Positions 38,597-52,288 are shown, counted from the first letter of the whole stretch. The stretch is DNA of 63,747 bases, filler included, from Rhabdomonas costata (GCA_019059605.1; 35 parts of 35 records of this genome joined end to end with filler, not necessarily neighbours in it), one strand, 5' to 3'. Notes: generated from the letters alone by a model not told the origin. Numbers and translations: made by a program.

Positions 38597-40541
38597 GTCT
38601 GCCCCGGTTTCCTGAGATTCTAATTGCAGTGGCAGTTTTATGGGAACGGTCTGAGGCTGCACCCCATGGCAAGGCAGGCCACTTCTACTGTTGCCACTGC
38701 GTGGAGGGATGTCGATGTGTTGGTGGTGGTGCTGGTGGTGGGGTTGTGGTAAGGAGGAAGATGTGTGGTAAAGGGCGCCGCCGCTGGGGGAAGGCCTTCA
38801 GGGGAGCGCGAAGCGGACATATCGCTATTGGAAAACTATGGAAAAGAACATGACGAGCTCTGCAGATAAATGAAAGTGCAATCCCAGCTCAGGTTCCCAT
38901 GATAAGGGTGCCTCGCCCTAAAAAAAATGACCGGCTCTCTCAGAGCATAGGGTTTACAGTGTAATGCATCAGCGCTGAGAAACCTTATTACATGAGAGGT
39001 TCGGCAGGGCTTGAACGGCAGTCGGAGCAGGGCGGACCTCAGTGAAGCATATCACTCTTCCTCGTTTCCCCGATGGAGTTCCAGGGCGCGAATTTTGGAA
39101 GCATTCGTTTCTGGTGAATTTACCGTTGACGTGGGATATAAGCTGGAGCTGGGACTAAGTGTGTAATCAAAGTAAGCAGGGTAAGTTAAGGTAAGAAGGG
39201 TATGGCAAGAGTTACAAAACGCCGGTTGGAAAATGACTCCGGACGACGCACTGTTCTGAGATATTGCCCTCGTCACCTCAAAAGTGAGAATTTAATCGCT
39301 GTACATTACAGTTTACGATTTCGGACGATTTCGGAGCGATGGTGTAAAAGCGATCCTCTTTCTCTGCCTAACGGCTCGAAAGGGGCCTTTTTCCATGCAT
39401 GTTTGGGCTTAAACTGCGCTCTCACTTTTGACCTCACGAGAAGCATATAATTGCAATCCAGAAATCCTTGATAAAATGGACGTGGGGAGGGAACCTTCTT
39501 TATCACTGATAACATAACATTCCGCTTCTCAAAACACCAATATCTCAACAAAAACCCACAAATCCAGGAAAACCGCCTCCAAAGGTTCCCAGGCATAAAA
39601 AGGCACGTCAAAAGCGGGCTCAGATACAATCACGCGAACTGCCGCGAATTCATCGGCTAGGGCAGAGCAAACAAGTCATACAGAGATTACGCACGCAAAA
39701 AAGAAAAGCAACGGCAGCCCAACGGTGAGTGAGGACCACCGCTGTCATGGAAGCCACAGTTACACTCCATGTGACGCAAAAGTATGCGACGGGTGTGCGA
39801 GGTGTGCCTGTGCGCCATGCACAGGATAGGGGGGATGCATGGGTCAACGAAGGCTAACCTCTAGAAGAGGGAAGCAGGACCACGCAGCAAAACTGGGCAC
39901 CGAAGAAAAGTGATTGCAACAATGAATCAGAACAGAATTTGCTATAAAAATGACAGCTCCATGGGGTTTCCCAACCAATCGACTCGCAGTGCGTTGCCGA
40001 CATCGAGTGAACAGCGTCCGCGAAAAAAACAAANNNNNNNNNNNNNNNNNNNNNNNNNNNNNNNNNNNNNNNNNNNNTTAATTAATTAANNNNNNNNNNN
40101 NNNNNNNNNNNNNNNNNNNNNNNNNNNNNNNNNGGTTGGGTTTGACGTCTGGTCTGGTGTGGTTTGTCTAATGGAGTTAAAGCAGCCTGATTGAGTCAGA
40201 AATCATCGAGGGAAAGCTTGATTTCCGTGGGGATGCTTCTGATCTGTTTCTCCCAGGAAACAGAACGCGGACGAGTTGAACCATTGTACAGCGTTTCTAA
40301 ACCCGTGTCGTCACGGCGTTCAGTCGCACACACGATGCACAAAACGGATCAAATATTCCGCCAGCGCTGTACCCTTAGTACTCAATAAGTGTTTGAGCTT
40401 AAGAGTGTCGGGGCCAAGGGTGAGCGTGTGTTTGTCAAGGTTTGTGTTATTCAGACTTGCTCGCGTGCCATTGAGTTATTCTGAGAGCAAAAGAGCACAC
40501 ACACTTACACATACATACAGAGAGAGATACTTCCCACAGTT

Positions 40542-41456
40542 ATGGAGTCCGTTGAAGGTGGTGGGGTTAGCCCCTCAACTCCCTCCACTGTGCGCTCCAT
40601 TAGCTCTCTGGAGGCTTTGGTGGCCTCCGCGCTGAGTGCCTCTGAGCAGCAGCTTTTTCATTCACTATTCACAGTCTTCACCGACACAGGCACCCTATGC
40701 ATCCCTGAGGCTCTGGAGCCCAAGGTCTCGCACCCCCCACCCCTCTCCCCATTCCTCCAAAGAACACAGGTCAGTCCGACATCTCCAGGTTTGCTTTGCG
40801 TTATTTTTGTCTTCCAGCAAATGGAATGTGTGCACATTCATTGCTGACCTTTTTGTCATTTAGGGTGGTCTTCCAGCTCCCACAGTTCCAATCTATTCCC
40901 TGCGGGCCTTCCTTTGACCTCTAAGTCTGAACTTTGGCTCGAACATCACCCAGCAACCGGACCCGACCGGAGCCGGTGCTGACTGTCGGGAATAGTTCAT
41001 TTTGGATTGTCTTTCTAAGGCCATTTTCGGGTCTTTGGTCTATCGGCCTTAAAAAAAAGACATCCGAAATTGTTTGGCACACGGGCAGCGCCCCCCTGTG
41101 TGCTAACATGTTTTTTGTCCATCTGCGGATTTTTCATGTGAAAAGCCTCGGGAGGCCTACCCTTGTCAGGTCCACTCTTTTCTAGATGGAGGCTGCACAC
41201 CGTTGCCCAAGACAAGCCCTGTAGTGCGATTTGACAAACCATTTTCTGTTAGGTCGGGCGGTGGTTTGGCGCATCTTCCTCTGAAGAATCGGGCGATACC
41301 GCTGTGACGACGACCAGCGATGGTGTGGAACGCTGCTGCCGACAGACTTTGGTTTGTGTGTGCAACCGGATCACCTCCGAGACCACCCTGTACAACGCCC
41401 TGCGGGCCAAGAAACCCCTGGGCCTGCCTAGTGGAACCGATTCTTCGGTGGAGCAG
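40542..41456 (+). CDS. Uncharacterised conserved protein, first two exons
   Basis: Exons 40542-40724 and 41253-41456: LFHSLFTVFTDTGTLCIPEALEPK|VGRWFG...RQTLVCVCNRITSETTLYNALRAKKP. Confidence 0.75.
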
Positions 41457-42088
41457 GTGCTTTGTTTCTACATAAAGGCACCAGGACTCTCCTCACTCCG
41501 ATAAATTTGTGGTTCGTAAGCCTACAGTGATGCATGATGCACGTGACAGTGATTTTCCGTCGGCTGCAGGTGGCGGAGCCCTCTCTGCGTGGGTGGTTCT
41601 GGTTGTGGGTGTAAACCCTCGGCTGCGTGGGGCAAGAAGCGGCGCAAAAGGGATACGACAAACCACAACGCGGCTGCTCGATTGCTCACGGTCGGAGCAG
41701 AGAGAGAGTCAATGTCTGCCCACAGGTTGTGCAGCAAAGCCGCAGCAGCTGCGACTTCTGCCGTCCGCTGGAGCTCACCGCGCGGGCCCCATGGGGCCGC
41801 GTTCACGCCCCGACCTGCGTCACCGCGGCCAATATCAGCATGGCATGCCCCACACACNNNNNNNNNNNNNNNNNNNNNNNNNNNNNNNNNNNNNNNNNNN
41901 NTTAATTAATTAANNNNNNNNNNNNNNNNNNNNNNNNNNNNNNNNNNNNNNNNNNNNGTTTTTATGGCAGTGTTAAGATGGCTCAAGAAGGTTCGTTTCA
42001 TGCTTTCACTTTATCTCAGCGTGTTTTTCGACCACATAGTTTGGCAAGTTTCAATCCAGTGCTGCAGGACGGTTGTCCTTGTATACAG

Positions 42089-43626
42089 GTCTCGGCCAGA
42101 GCAAACTTTCGAGGATGCTATTCAAGAACCTCGAGAGCACTCTGGAGGCCAAGCCTGCCTGCCTGATGGTGTTGTGGATCACCATCCCTCACACCGGTGC
42201 ATCCCATGAGGCCACCCAGGTCGTTCTGCAGAAGCTAAACCGCACCCGCTCCATCTTCGTGCAGAGGATGACGGGTGGTAGTTCGGCAGATTTCGAGAAT
42301 GTCAAGCTGTGGCTGACCACTGGGGTGGAAGACCCGAAGTGGCTGCAGGCCGTGGTACTGGACGTGGCATGTACGGCCGGGGACTCCTTTGCGGTGTATG
42401 AGCAGTGGAAAAGGTGCGACCCGCCTGCCCCTAAAACCCGTGCACATCTCCGTGCATAAACATCCCTTGGAAATGTTGACGGGGACAGCCCGTGTGAGCT
42501 TCTCACCACCAAACCGATGAGCTATTTCACCTTAGTTTGTTTTTTGGGTACCACTGTTTTATCAATTGCGTGTCTCCGTGGACGCGTCTATCAGTGATTT
42601 TCTCTGGTAATCCCTAACCTCTGCGGAACAGAGATGGCTGTCCACCTGCGGTACCCAGTAGATGGTGAGAGGTTGTTGCTCAGAACTAAGCTGAACAGAG
42701 GTGGACCCACATCAAGGAGATGGTGCGGGAAGCATCACCTTCCTAAGAATACACCAAAACGGCACCCGCAGCTTTGGAAAACTGAAAGGTTTGGAAATTC
42801 CCGTTCTAGCGTTTCTTCCTTCCCCATCTATGCGGAAGTTCTTGCTGTGGTTGGTAAGCGTTTTCTGCTGTCTGTTCTGTCCCCTTTGCAGTGCAATGCG
42901 GGTCGTCCTGAACCATCCCAAGGTTAAGGACTCTGGCTGGGTGAAGGTCGTCACTTGCGCTGTCGGCTACGAGGGAAGGCCCTTCCCCTCGGGCGGCGAC
43001 AGCGCCACCCTCCAGAAGCTTCTGCTCAGCACCTCAGAGTCGGGCGAGAACGTCCCCACCGCCGCCTGCGTGACCTGTTTGGGTGGCTCTGCAAGCTCAC
43101 CAGAGAAAACCACACCGCCTGCAAGACCCCCTACTGTAGCCACCAAGCCTGTGCTGTGGACTTGTGGGGATCTGCAGCAGAAGGTGCATTTCATTTTCAT
43201 TAGCGGTTCCCTCAAGATTAGTATAACTCTATGATGACAGATCGCTGGTTACCCTCCATGCATTCCTCGCGCAATCCTTCGGCGACATTGTGCGTTCTGC
43301 ATTCTGCGCTCTTGTAACCTTTACATAAGTCACCTCATATTCACCTCTCTCACGCCTCTCTTGGATGCCTGCCCCACAGGTTCTGGTCTTTGCATCAGTC
43401 AGCGGCACCGACGATATCATCGTCAACCAATTCCCCGAGACCATGCTGCAGATCACCACGCACTGGGTATGGGACTTTGGGCGGGAAAAGCCCGAGTATG
43501 CAGACCATCCCTACGACGTGGTAACCTCCCAAGAGATTGAGAGTGCGTACCGCAGCGGGCAACTCAGCGTGAAGGTCACGGACCGGCACATCCTGCACTT
43601 CCACGACATGGTGCAGAGGAACAGCG
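42089..43626 (+). CDS. WWE-domain protein, three internal exons
   Basis: Exons 42089-42413, 42892-43183, 43380-43626 are in phase. The last encodes HWVWDFG...PYDVVTSQEIESAYRSGQLSVKV...ILHFHDMVQRN. Confidence 0.8.
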
Positions 43627-43798
43627 GTGTGGACGCGCCCCTCCTCCCCCAACCACCTTTTTTGCAAATGGTACCACCAACNNNNNNNNNNNNNNNNNNN
43701 NNNNNNNNNNNNNNNNNNNNNNNNNTTAATTAATTAANNNNNNNNNNNNNNNNNNNNNNNNNNNNNNNNNNNNNNNNNNNNGGGTGGTTGGGTCGCAG

Positions 43799-45486
43799 CC
43801 CTCGGTAGGGGGGTCCTCTGCCGCCCCGAAGCACGAGATCCGCCACGAGGAGGGCGTGACGACGGTCAGCGGGGTGAAAGTGGTCGCCGTCAGGGACGAG
43901 GCCGCCGTGAGCCGTCTCCTTGCAACCGCCTCCAAGGTGGTCGCTCTTTTGCTCCCTCTCTCTGCCCGCCCACCGCCGTTCTCTCCTGGTCTTCTGTAAA
44001 AGGGGCGATTGCTCACAGACCGCTGTGTTGTGCAGTGCTCCTGTTTTACATGGCTTTTTGTTAAATTTCTGAGTTTTCCGTTAACTCCAACACACACGGG
44101 GACTATAGTGATTTTTTTTTCGTTTTCTTCTAGTCCTTCTCAAAATGAAAGGGACAATGCAATGAGTTGCCCTCCGTGCTGGCGCGGCGTCCTGTGTGTA
44201 TAAATATGCCTTCCTGTTTTTCCAGTTTTAATTCACAGCGGCAGTGTCTTTCACCATGCTACAATGTTTTGGCTGCATTTTGCTTTGGATTTTAGATCGC
44301 TTTCTTTCGCTTTCCAGAACCGGACGTTTGGGGAGACCCAGTGCAACGATCACAGCTCCCGCTCTCACTCCGTGTTCACCCTGACCATCACCGGCACCAA
44401 CGCCTCTACACAGCAGACCACCCGGGGCGTGCTCAATTTGGTCGACCTTGCAGGATCGGAGCGCCTGGCTCTCTCCGGGGCGACTGGGGAGAGGTTGTCC
44501 CTTTCAGTAGCACACACGCCCACATTCCAATGGTGTCTGAGGTGTAGCGGGGCGAACGTGCATGTGAACACGTACAACTCATCGAGCATATGTGCCACAC
44601 CACCTAGCGGAACCTGGGAACACAGGAACCATGAGAGGACATCAGCTCCACGTCATTTAGCGCGCTTTACGCGTAAATCACCCGCACTCGCTTAAAGCCA
44701 CCTCCACAAACCCTCGACGCGCATGCAACACGCAGAAAAATACGAGGCACACATCGACACACCGCCACACATCGCACGGATCCCCATTGAAGCTTTCATC
44801 CAGCATCCCGCGCACACACCAGCTTTTGCTGCAGTCCCCCTCCAAGTTACTCCTCACCCTTACACTCTGTTTGCTTTCCCGCAGTTTGAGCTCTGTACCC
44901 GTTTCCCGTACCTTCCGGCTTCTCATCGCTTTTTTGTTCCGTGCGTGTTAATTGCTGTTTGCACTTTTCCCGTGGACCTTTCGCTGAACTGTGGTGTCTT
45001 GTGTATACGAGACATGAATAAATGCACGTCTGGTGGTGTAGTCACACGAAAGCTCACACTTCGGGTAATGTTCACGGTTCTGTTTCTTCGACGTACGTAT
45101 ATCGAGGCCAGCGGACGCAAATCTTCACTAGATCTCACACTTCCAACATGGGAAATGTGAGGGACAGCACGATAATGGGAAAGCTCAGGAATCGAGACCA
45201 TCGCGATGTTGCAAAACCAAGCTGAAGAGGTTTCACTTCCTTACTCATTTGCGGAAGCAAGCGAAAGGGAGGAAATCACAACAGATGATGGAAGCAACCA
45301 ACAAACGGTGATTCGAGCAGACGTGCACGCCCTGATTTGCGGCGCGGCGCAGGAAGATTGAAACACAGCACATCAACAAGAGCCTGTCCTGCCTCGGCGA
45401 CGTCATCTCCGCGCTGGCTTCGAAGCAGGCTCATGTGCCCTTCCGGAACTCCAAGCTGACCTATCTCCTGCAGACCTGCCTTGGGG
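43799..45486 (+). CDS. Kinesin motor domain (kinesin-14/KIFC1-Kar3-like), three exons
   Basis: Exons 43799-43936, 44318-44493, 45353-45486: [56 protein letters not shown]. Confidence 0.97.
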
Positions 45487-45639
45487 GTCCGCTCCCCCCC
45501 CACCCNNNNNNNNNNNNNNNNNNNNNNNNNNNNNNNNNNNNNNNNNNNNTTAATTAATTAANNNNNNNNNNNNNNNNNNNNNNNNNNNNNNNNNNNNNNN
45601 NNNNNGTGGTAATGATACCGCTGAGTGTGTTTGTGTGTG

Positions 45640-46200
45640 AGAGGAGGAGGGGGAGGGTGTGAGAGCCAGTACTCTGCTGTTCCTCTTGGACACCACTTCG
45701 TTAGATCCTTTTTGGTTCTCGAGCACAAACAAAGAGCACCACCACTCAGTAGGATACCTATTACGACCACCTGGTGTCGACGTGTGGTTTCATGTGTTGC
45801 CTGCGTTGGGGTTATGTCGAGAAATCGTTTCTTTTGGCGTCCGCTTTTCCGAATGTCTGCTGGAGCACCGACGGCGTGACCTGGAATGTTCAAAAGAACT
45901 TCCCTATTGGGAACGTGGCCCTGATGGTGTCGACGGGATGCTTTTGGGTGCTCGGAGGACTTTCCTAGGATGGCATTCCAGTGGGAGAGAGCCCAGCTTT
46001 GTGGTTAATTTCCCCGTATGTGTGAGTCCACGTCGCATTGATACGAGGGCATTCCAGAAACCGGTTTTATGAAGTTACCTGTAACGATATCGTAGGACCT
46101 CAAGGAGTGCCGCACGAATTCTGGAATCCTGATGGAATGGCGATAAAATTCTTGCCTTAATTTTTTTTGGCACTTGGGCGCAGTGGAATTCTGGAGCCTG
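45640..46200 (-). mobile_element. Decayed RLE-endonuclease end of a CRE-like non-LTR retrotransposon
   Basis: Frameshifted remnants: PEFVRHSLR, LECPRINATWTH, EVLLNIPGHAVGAPADI...RFLDIT (PD...D motif). Confidence 0.45.
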
Positions 46201-46902
46201 GAAATGAAAAGCACATTGAACGACTTGCTGCAGAAAAGGGAGGGGAGGGCTTCGGTGAGCCCCCCTGGGACAGGACACAGTTTTTAAAGGATTTTTAGGG
46301 GTCCACGGCCTGAGATCTTTGGACCGTCTCGAAGGAACGTTTTAGCTAACCCCATCCCCGGACGCCTTTGCTCCTGTCTCAGGGCACACCCCGACGGTCC
46401 CCGCCTGCACCCAGAACTGGATGGCCTGTGTTCAAGAAACTGTCAGCACCACGTCGAATTTCGACACTTCCGTAAACGGTGTCACGGACTGAGCGAGAAC
46501 TGCCAGCCATTCCATTCGGCAGCACCGCGATGAAGCTTCCACATCGGGCTGTGGTGAGACCGGGTTGATCTGACCACCTCAACGGTACCCTTCCCAAGAA
46601 GTGTACCCCTCTTCTTTTCGGTATCGAAGGACTCCTCGTCGCGTCCGCTCACCACCTGGGTCGCTCCTTTTCACCGCAGCTTTGGTGGTTTAAGACGGAA
46701 GAGCTGCTTGGAGCGGTGCTTGCGCACACGACCCTCTCGAGTGCTGCAGGGGCGCTGCCGATCGGCCGCTGGCTCTCAGGCAAGTCGCTGAGGTGCCCAT
46801 GAGAGGGAGTTCTCGCATCCTTGGCTGCCTCTGCTGACAGGTCTGCCAACTGGGAGGTATCGCGTCAACTTCTTCGTCGCCTGCACTACCTTCGCGCTCC
46901 CT

Positions 46903-46952
46903 CCGTGCTGGCAGCCGGAGCGGCCGTGCTGGCAGCCGGAGCGGCCGTGCTG
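46903..46952. repeat. 21-bp tandem repeat, 2.4 copies
   Basis: Unit ccgtgctggcagccggagcgg. Confidence 0.9.
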
Positions 46953-47529
46953 ACGGTTGGTTTTTTATAATGCCGGTCAAGCTGGAAGGCTCTGCCAGAC
47001 TCTGGAAGACTTTGACCTGTGTGCACCCACTGCGGGGTCAAGTGGAAGGGATCGGACTACTTCCTGCAGTTCATGGGGCCCAAGGCATACCCGAACCGAC
47101 CAACGAAGGACTGGGGAAATTTCGAGTGAGGGTCAGCAGACCGGTTTTTTTTTGTACTGTGTTTCATTTTCCGCTTTCAGCATCCCGTTTCTTAATTGAA
47201 TGCAGTAGCCGTGGAGGTGTTGGTGGTGTGTTTCCTGTATGGAGAGGTATGGTGTAACTGTTTGTGTGAATGTGTGAAGGTTTGGTCCGGTACTCTTGCG
47301 GGAGTGGACAGTGAGGTCACTTGTGCAAGNNNNNNNNNNNNNNNNNNNNNNNNNNNNNNNNNNNNNNNNNNNNTTAATTAATTAANNNNNNNNNNNNNNN
47401 NNNNNNNNNNNNNNNNNNNNNNNNNNNNNGTTGTGTGGTTCTTTGTCTCTCTTCTCGGGAGGAATAACCCACTGTAAACGGAGTGGGCAGGAAGCGCTAG
47501 GTTGGGCAAGGAAGGATTTAGAAACTGGA

Positions 47530-47595
47530 CAAACCAAACCCTGCACCCTACCAAACCAAACGAAAACAAACCAAAGCAAAGCAAAGCAAAGCAAG
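47530..47595. repeat. Degenerate CAAAC/CAAAG pentanucleotide repeat
   Basis: caaaccaaacc...caaagcaaagcaaagcaaagc. Confidence 0.75.
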
Positions 47596-48114
47596 CCGAA
47601 CTGGACTGAACTATACTGCTCTGGCCCGCATCCATTTATTTTTTGGCATTAAGTAAAGCCACGCGGCAGGGGGGTCTGGTCTTATTGTATCCTCCCTTTT
47701 TTTTGAGCGACCACCAGGACAAGCGTTTTAGAATCTCGCAATTGGGGTAATTTTGGAGATACGGTAACAAGGGGGTTGACACACCTTCTAATACATCTTG
47801 TTTAAGCACACAGAGAACTGAAAAGGACAGACATGGCAAAGACAGGCAAGAACGCGTTGAACAAAACTTCTCTTTTGAGTTTGTGTTGTGATTTTGAGTG
47901 GGCTTGGGGGAAAGGCAAGTTTGCAAGAATCACGCAGCAAAGGTCAAGAGAAATTCCATTGCCCCTGTTACACCAGGCAAGAGCCGACAAGTGTCGTCCC
48001 TTGCGCTACAATACTGTTGCAGAGGTTGCGCAGAGCTCAAAGCGAAGTGTCCACCGCCAGCACCAGAACACGAACATCACCACAACGCAAAGGATGACCG
48101 CTGTCTTTGGAAAA

Positions 48115-48712
48115 CTAGGGCCCTCGCCAGCCTTGGCCCTCCGGGGTGCGCGGGCTGCCGGGTTTCGCGTCAGCGCCGAGGCCCAAGCGCGGGTTCTTTG
48201 CAAGAGAAATTCTCAGCTTCCGCCCACCGAGCTCCCTCCCGCTAAGCAGCACCGCCTTGCTTGCTGCATCGTCGCTCTCAAACGAGGCGTACCCAAAACC
48301 CTTCGAAAGCTGCTCACGGTCCTTGACCATCCGAAAGGTGCACTGCGGTGGAATGGAAGAGGAAAAACCTCTCACCAAAAGTTTTGTGCCAATTGTTGGA
48401 AGCCCCCCCCCAAATGTTATTTAGCTTCCGGGGGAACGCGCGTGTTGAATGTTGTCCCCATACACTCGAAAGACTTCCAGCGAACAAATAGAGAGAACAA
48501 ATCAATCAACAGACGGAACCTACAAGTAAGTGCTTTTAAGCGCATCGAAACCAGCACAAAGACGCATAAATCGTTACAATGGGAATGGGAGTCTGCGGCA
48601 CGTCCAGGAATCAAAGAAAGAGAAGCGCGCACCCTGCCACAGCTGGAAAAGAACTTTGTCACCTCGTCGTCAGCTATTTCAAAGGGAAGATTGGCAACGT
48701 AAACGTCTTTCA
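48115..48712 (-). CDS. RRM RNA-binding protein
   Basis: Exons 48712-48633 and 48342-48115: RNP2 VYVANLPF, RNP1 KGFGYASF, ELGGRKLRISLA. Confidence 0.92.
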
Positions 48713-49274
48713 CTAAGAAAAAGCAGTGTCGTTTCAACAGCGCAGGCCGAAAAAAGCGAAACATGCTTTGCAAAAGTCCTGCTAAAGAGGAGGACAACCA
48801 ACTCAAACTCAAGCAAAGAATTGAACCCCGAAAGACCCTCCGACAAGGTGACAAACGCACAACAAGGCGATGAAATTGTCCTAGTACCATGACTGCTCCG
48901 CAAGAGGGTGGGGGGAGCATCGTGTTAAGAACCGCAATTTTCAACAATTTTCAAGCAAACCATTTGTGCAGCCTCGCAGGGTTTGCAAAATATTTTGGAA
49001 GGGCTGGGGTCCGTAAAAAAATGGTCCGGAACTGTGAAGCGCGGGCCAATACTAAGTCCACAGCAAAAATAATCACAACAGCCTGAAAAACGAACAGCAA
49101 TATGTTTGGCCAGCAGTCGGGCAGCAACAAAAAGTCAGATATATACCCCAACCNNNNNNNNNNNNNNNNNNNNNNNNNNNNNNNNNNNNNNNNNNNNTTA
49201 ATTAATTAANNNNNNNNNNNNNNNNNNNNNNNNNNNNNNNNNNNNNNNNNNNNGGGTTTGTGGGGTACTCATCC

Positions 49275-50731
49275 TCACGGGGATGGGGATGCGTCTGAGG
49301 GCTTGGGGTCCTGGTCCATCGGCTCCGGAGCCTTAGCGTCCTCCTCCTTGGGTTTCTCGGGAACAGGCTGGCGTGCAATAGAAAGAAGAGAGCAAGCTGG
49401 GGGGAGAGAAAAAAAGAAGGCCTCATATAAAACCATTGCTCTTCAAGAAAAAATTTCACAGTTTAGCTAGAGGTGAAAAAATGCGGCAATGATTTGAAGT
49501 AAAAGTTGAAACTGAAGAAACTGAAAGATAGACTGGGTGCCCAAAGACCCGAAAAGCACATGCACGTGCTTGTGGGCACAGAAGAGAGACTATTTTACAG
49601 GTGGACGCGCACAGATGATCTTGAGCAAGACCTTACAGGACCCGCACGTCTTAAAGCTTAAAAAGCGACCAATTCGACAGCCCTCTGAAGCAAACAGCTG
49701 CATTTCAGCAGAAAAGAATCCATAATCTCTTGGTGGCATTCGGGTACCTTTGAACCCTTAAAAAGCAAAAATAGTCCGTTCTATTCCCGCCCGCAGGTTC
49801 CGACGGTATAAGTGTCGTGTCAGAACACAACAGGTGGTCATAGCGTAACGAAACCACAACTGCCCTCAGGAAAACCACAACCGCGTATCACCGATTCTGG
49901 AAGCGGACAATCATGTAGGGTTCGAAGACAAATACCTGACTTCATGGGGACTCAGTCATTAGCAACGACCTTGTCCCCGCTAATTCCATTTCTCTGCAGG
50001 ACATAGTTACTCTATCAGCCAGCGCTGGAAGGCCCACCTCACCCAGATTGATGGGGCGATGGGGTTAGGTTTGTCTGAGGAAGGGAAGGGACACCTCCTC
50101 AATCTTTTCGACAATGTCGGGCTTCATCTCACGCATCTTGTCAAAGAGGCCACAGAACAGCTTCTTCTCCTTGGCGTCCTTTTCCTTCATCTTCTTCTGG
50201 AGCTGAGACCCCGGAAACAGTAGGAGGATGAACGACCCCAGCGGCAAACGGCAAGCACAGCCCAATGCCACCACCCACAGCCAAAGGCGACAACACCTAA
50301 CCCTCATCCCGATAAGCAAATAACAGGCGGTTGCCCATAACTGGTTCGCATTGGAAGTCCTTCAAAAAACCAACCCAACCGAAACATAGCAATCTATGTT
50401 ATACAGCAATCAAAACGATGAATGAGTCCTCCATAACAACATTAAAACTCTGTCTTGGACTAACTTGGGGGCTAACCAAATGAACCAAAAGGAAGCGGGG
50501 CGCCGGTCTTCGTCGCTCTCCGGAAGGCAAGCAAACCTTAGAAAGTTCCTTCTTAGCGTCAGCGATCTCCGCGGACCCCGGGGTGTCGATGACCTGCTGC
50601 AAATCCTGCTTCGCCTCGCTCCAGCGGTCCAGCTCGTTGTAGGCCTTCCCTCGCCGCAGCAGGGCCTTGGTGTTTCCTGCGGAAAACTCCAGGGCCTTGT
50701 TGGCATGCTCCAGCACCCCCGTCCAGTTGCT
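49275..50731 (-). CDS. TPR co-chaperone C-terminus (FKBP4/FKBP62- or Cyp40-like), last three exons
   Basis: Exons 50731-50537, 50202-50095, 49367-49275: ANKALEFSAGNTKALLRRGKAYNEL...KELSK|LQKKMKEKDAKEKKLFCGLFDK. The PPIase domain is not on the contig. Confidence 0.85.
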
Positions 50732-51793
50732 CTGTAGCCAAACAAACAGGCACCACACACAGAAGATGCGGTCAACCCCAAACCCAAAAACAGGAACCGT
50801 TTCTTGGGGGGGGGGGTCTCGAGAGATTAGGTACCATTTCATTGTCTTCCAAAATGCGACGAAACTCAAATCCAAATTTCCAACTTTGGTTTTATTGGCC
50901 CACAGCTGTGGCGAAGCAGGAAAAGACGACCGAGGGCACCGATGGCAAGCTATCATCGGCCAAATCCGCACACACCCNNNNNNNNNNNNNNNNNNNNNNN
51001 NNNNNNNNNNNNNNNNNNNNNTTAATTAATTAANNNNNNNNNNNNNNNNNNNNNNNNNNNNNNNNNNNNNNNNNNNNGTTGGGGGTGAAGCCGCGACCGG
51101 GAGAAGAGCAGAAGCGCGCCACATCACGTCAGAATGGAAACGCGACAAATCTGGCAGAATGGAGATGGAAACCAAAGGAAAGCAAAAACCGCGAACAAGA
51201 AAGCAGGAAAGAAGAGGAACGTAAAAAGCAGAGCAAATGTTAGTGTGGATGGAGGGGAAGCGGGATGAGAGTGTGCAGGAAGAAGCAAAGGTGGAGAAAA
51301 TCTGCCGAAAAAAATGATTATAGACAGCCTTCATCAGTCACAATCTACTGGCCGCTGGGTCCTGCGGCGGCCATCTGCAAAGATAACCATTGCCAACGAG
51401 ATAGAATCGGGTTGCACGGGATGATGTCTTACCTTCTGCAGTGCAATCGGTGTATGCCTGTAGCGCAAGGGTCAGCACCTCAGTCGGATAGTTGCCCGCG
51501 GGTTGCGTTGCAGAGCGGTTATCGGGTTGAATTCCACTTGCAAGGACTAAACTTTCTGAAGCGACCAAATTTCTGTTAATCTCATCAATCTGCGTAAGCC
51601 TGGGGGCGGCCCGTGGTTCATCACAGCATTGACGGCCAGGATACCGCAGAGGTCTCGCAGCCTCAACGGACTCCCCGCTGCTGGGACAGAGGGTAAAAGA
51701 AAACGGTCGAATTATTTCCAGTCAGCGGTTGGGGGCGTTTCTGTACTATTACGTTCAGAGAATGATTCACAGAGGAGGAGGAGCCACGTGTGA

Positions 51794-51837
51794 TTGAGTG
51801 TGAGTGAGTGAGTGAGTGTGTGTGTGTGTGTGTGTGT
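51794..51837. repeat. (TGAG)n/(TG)n microsatellite
   Basis: tgagtgagtgag followed by tgtgtg... Confidence 0.9.
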
Positions 51838-52288
51838 GGAAAGATTGTGGAGTGAGGGGTGGGCGAGGAGGGGCACTTGGCACGTATCCATGTCAGCAGT
51901 TCTTGCTTTTGGGAGCAGGACAGCTGCTCCAGCTCCTCGCTGCAGCTTATCTTCACCAGTATAGCGCTGAGCTGCTCGGAAAGATTCTGTTGCAATTTAG
52001 GACGGGGGAGGTCGGGGGGTAAGAGGATGCCGATCCGATCTTGAGCTCTACAGACACCTTTCTTTATTCGACAATGCAAACAAAATGTAATGATATAAAA
52101 TGATGGCAGTCAGAACAGTCAGAACACCATTTCACGAGAGCTTCGAATAATGATTGGAATGAAAGGGTGTGGTGCAGTCCTTGCAATCGAGGTGTGCGTT
52201 CCTCCTTCGTGTGTTCGCAGTCACATCGCACATTTGCTTTGCTTGGGGGGCGCGTGTGTGTTTCTGTGTGGAGAGAAGAGGGAAGAAA

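Noticed and set aside
47833-48702. 289-aa plus-strand ORF
   Set aside because: Antisense to the RRM gene; no domain signal.
51330-52050. Minus-strand SET/SMYD-like gene (LRDLCGILAVNAV)
   Set aside because: That frame does not join its neighbours and no NHSC motif follows. An unidentified gene may still be present.
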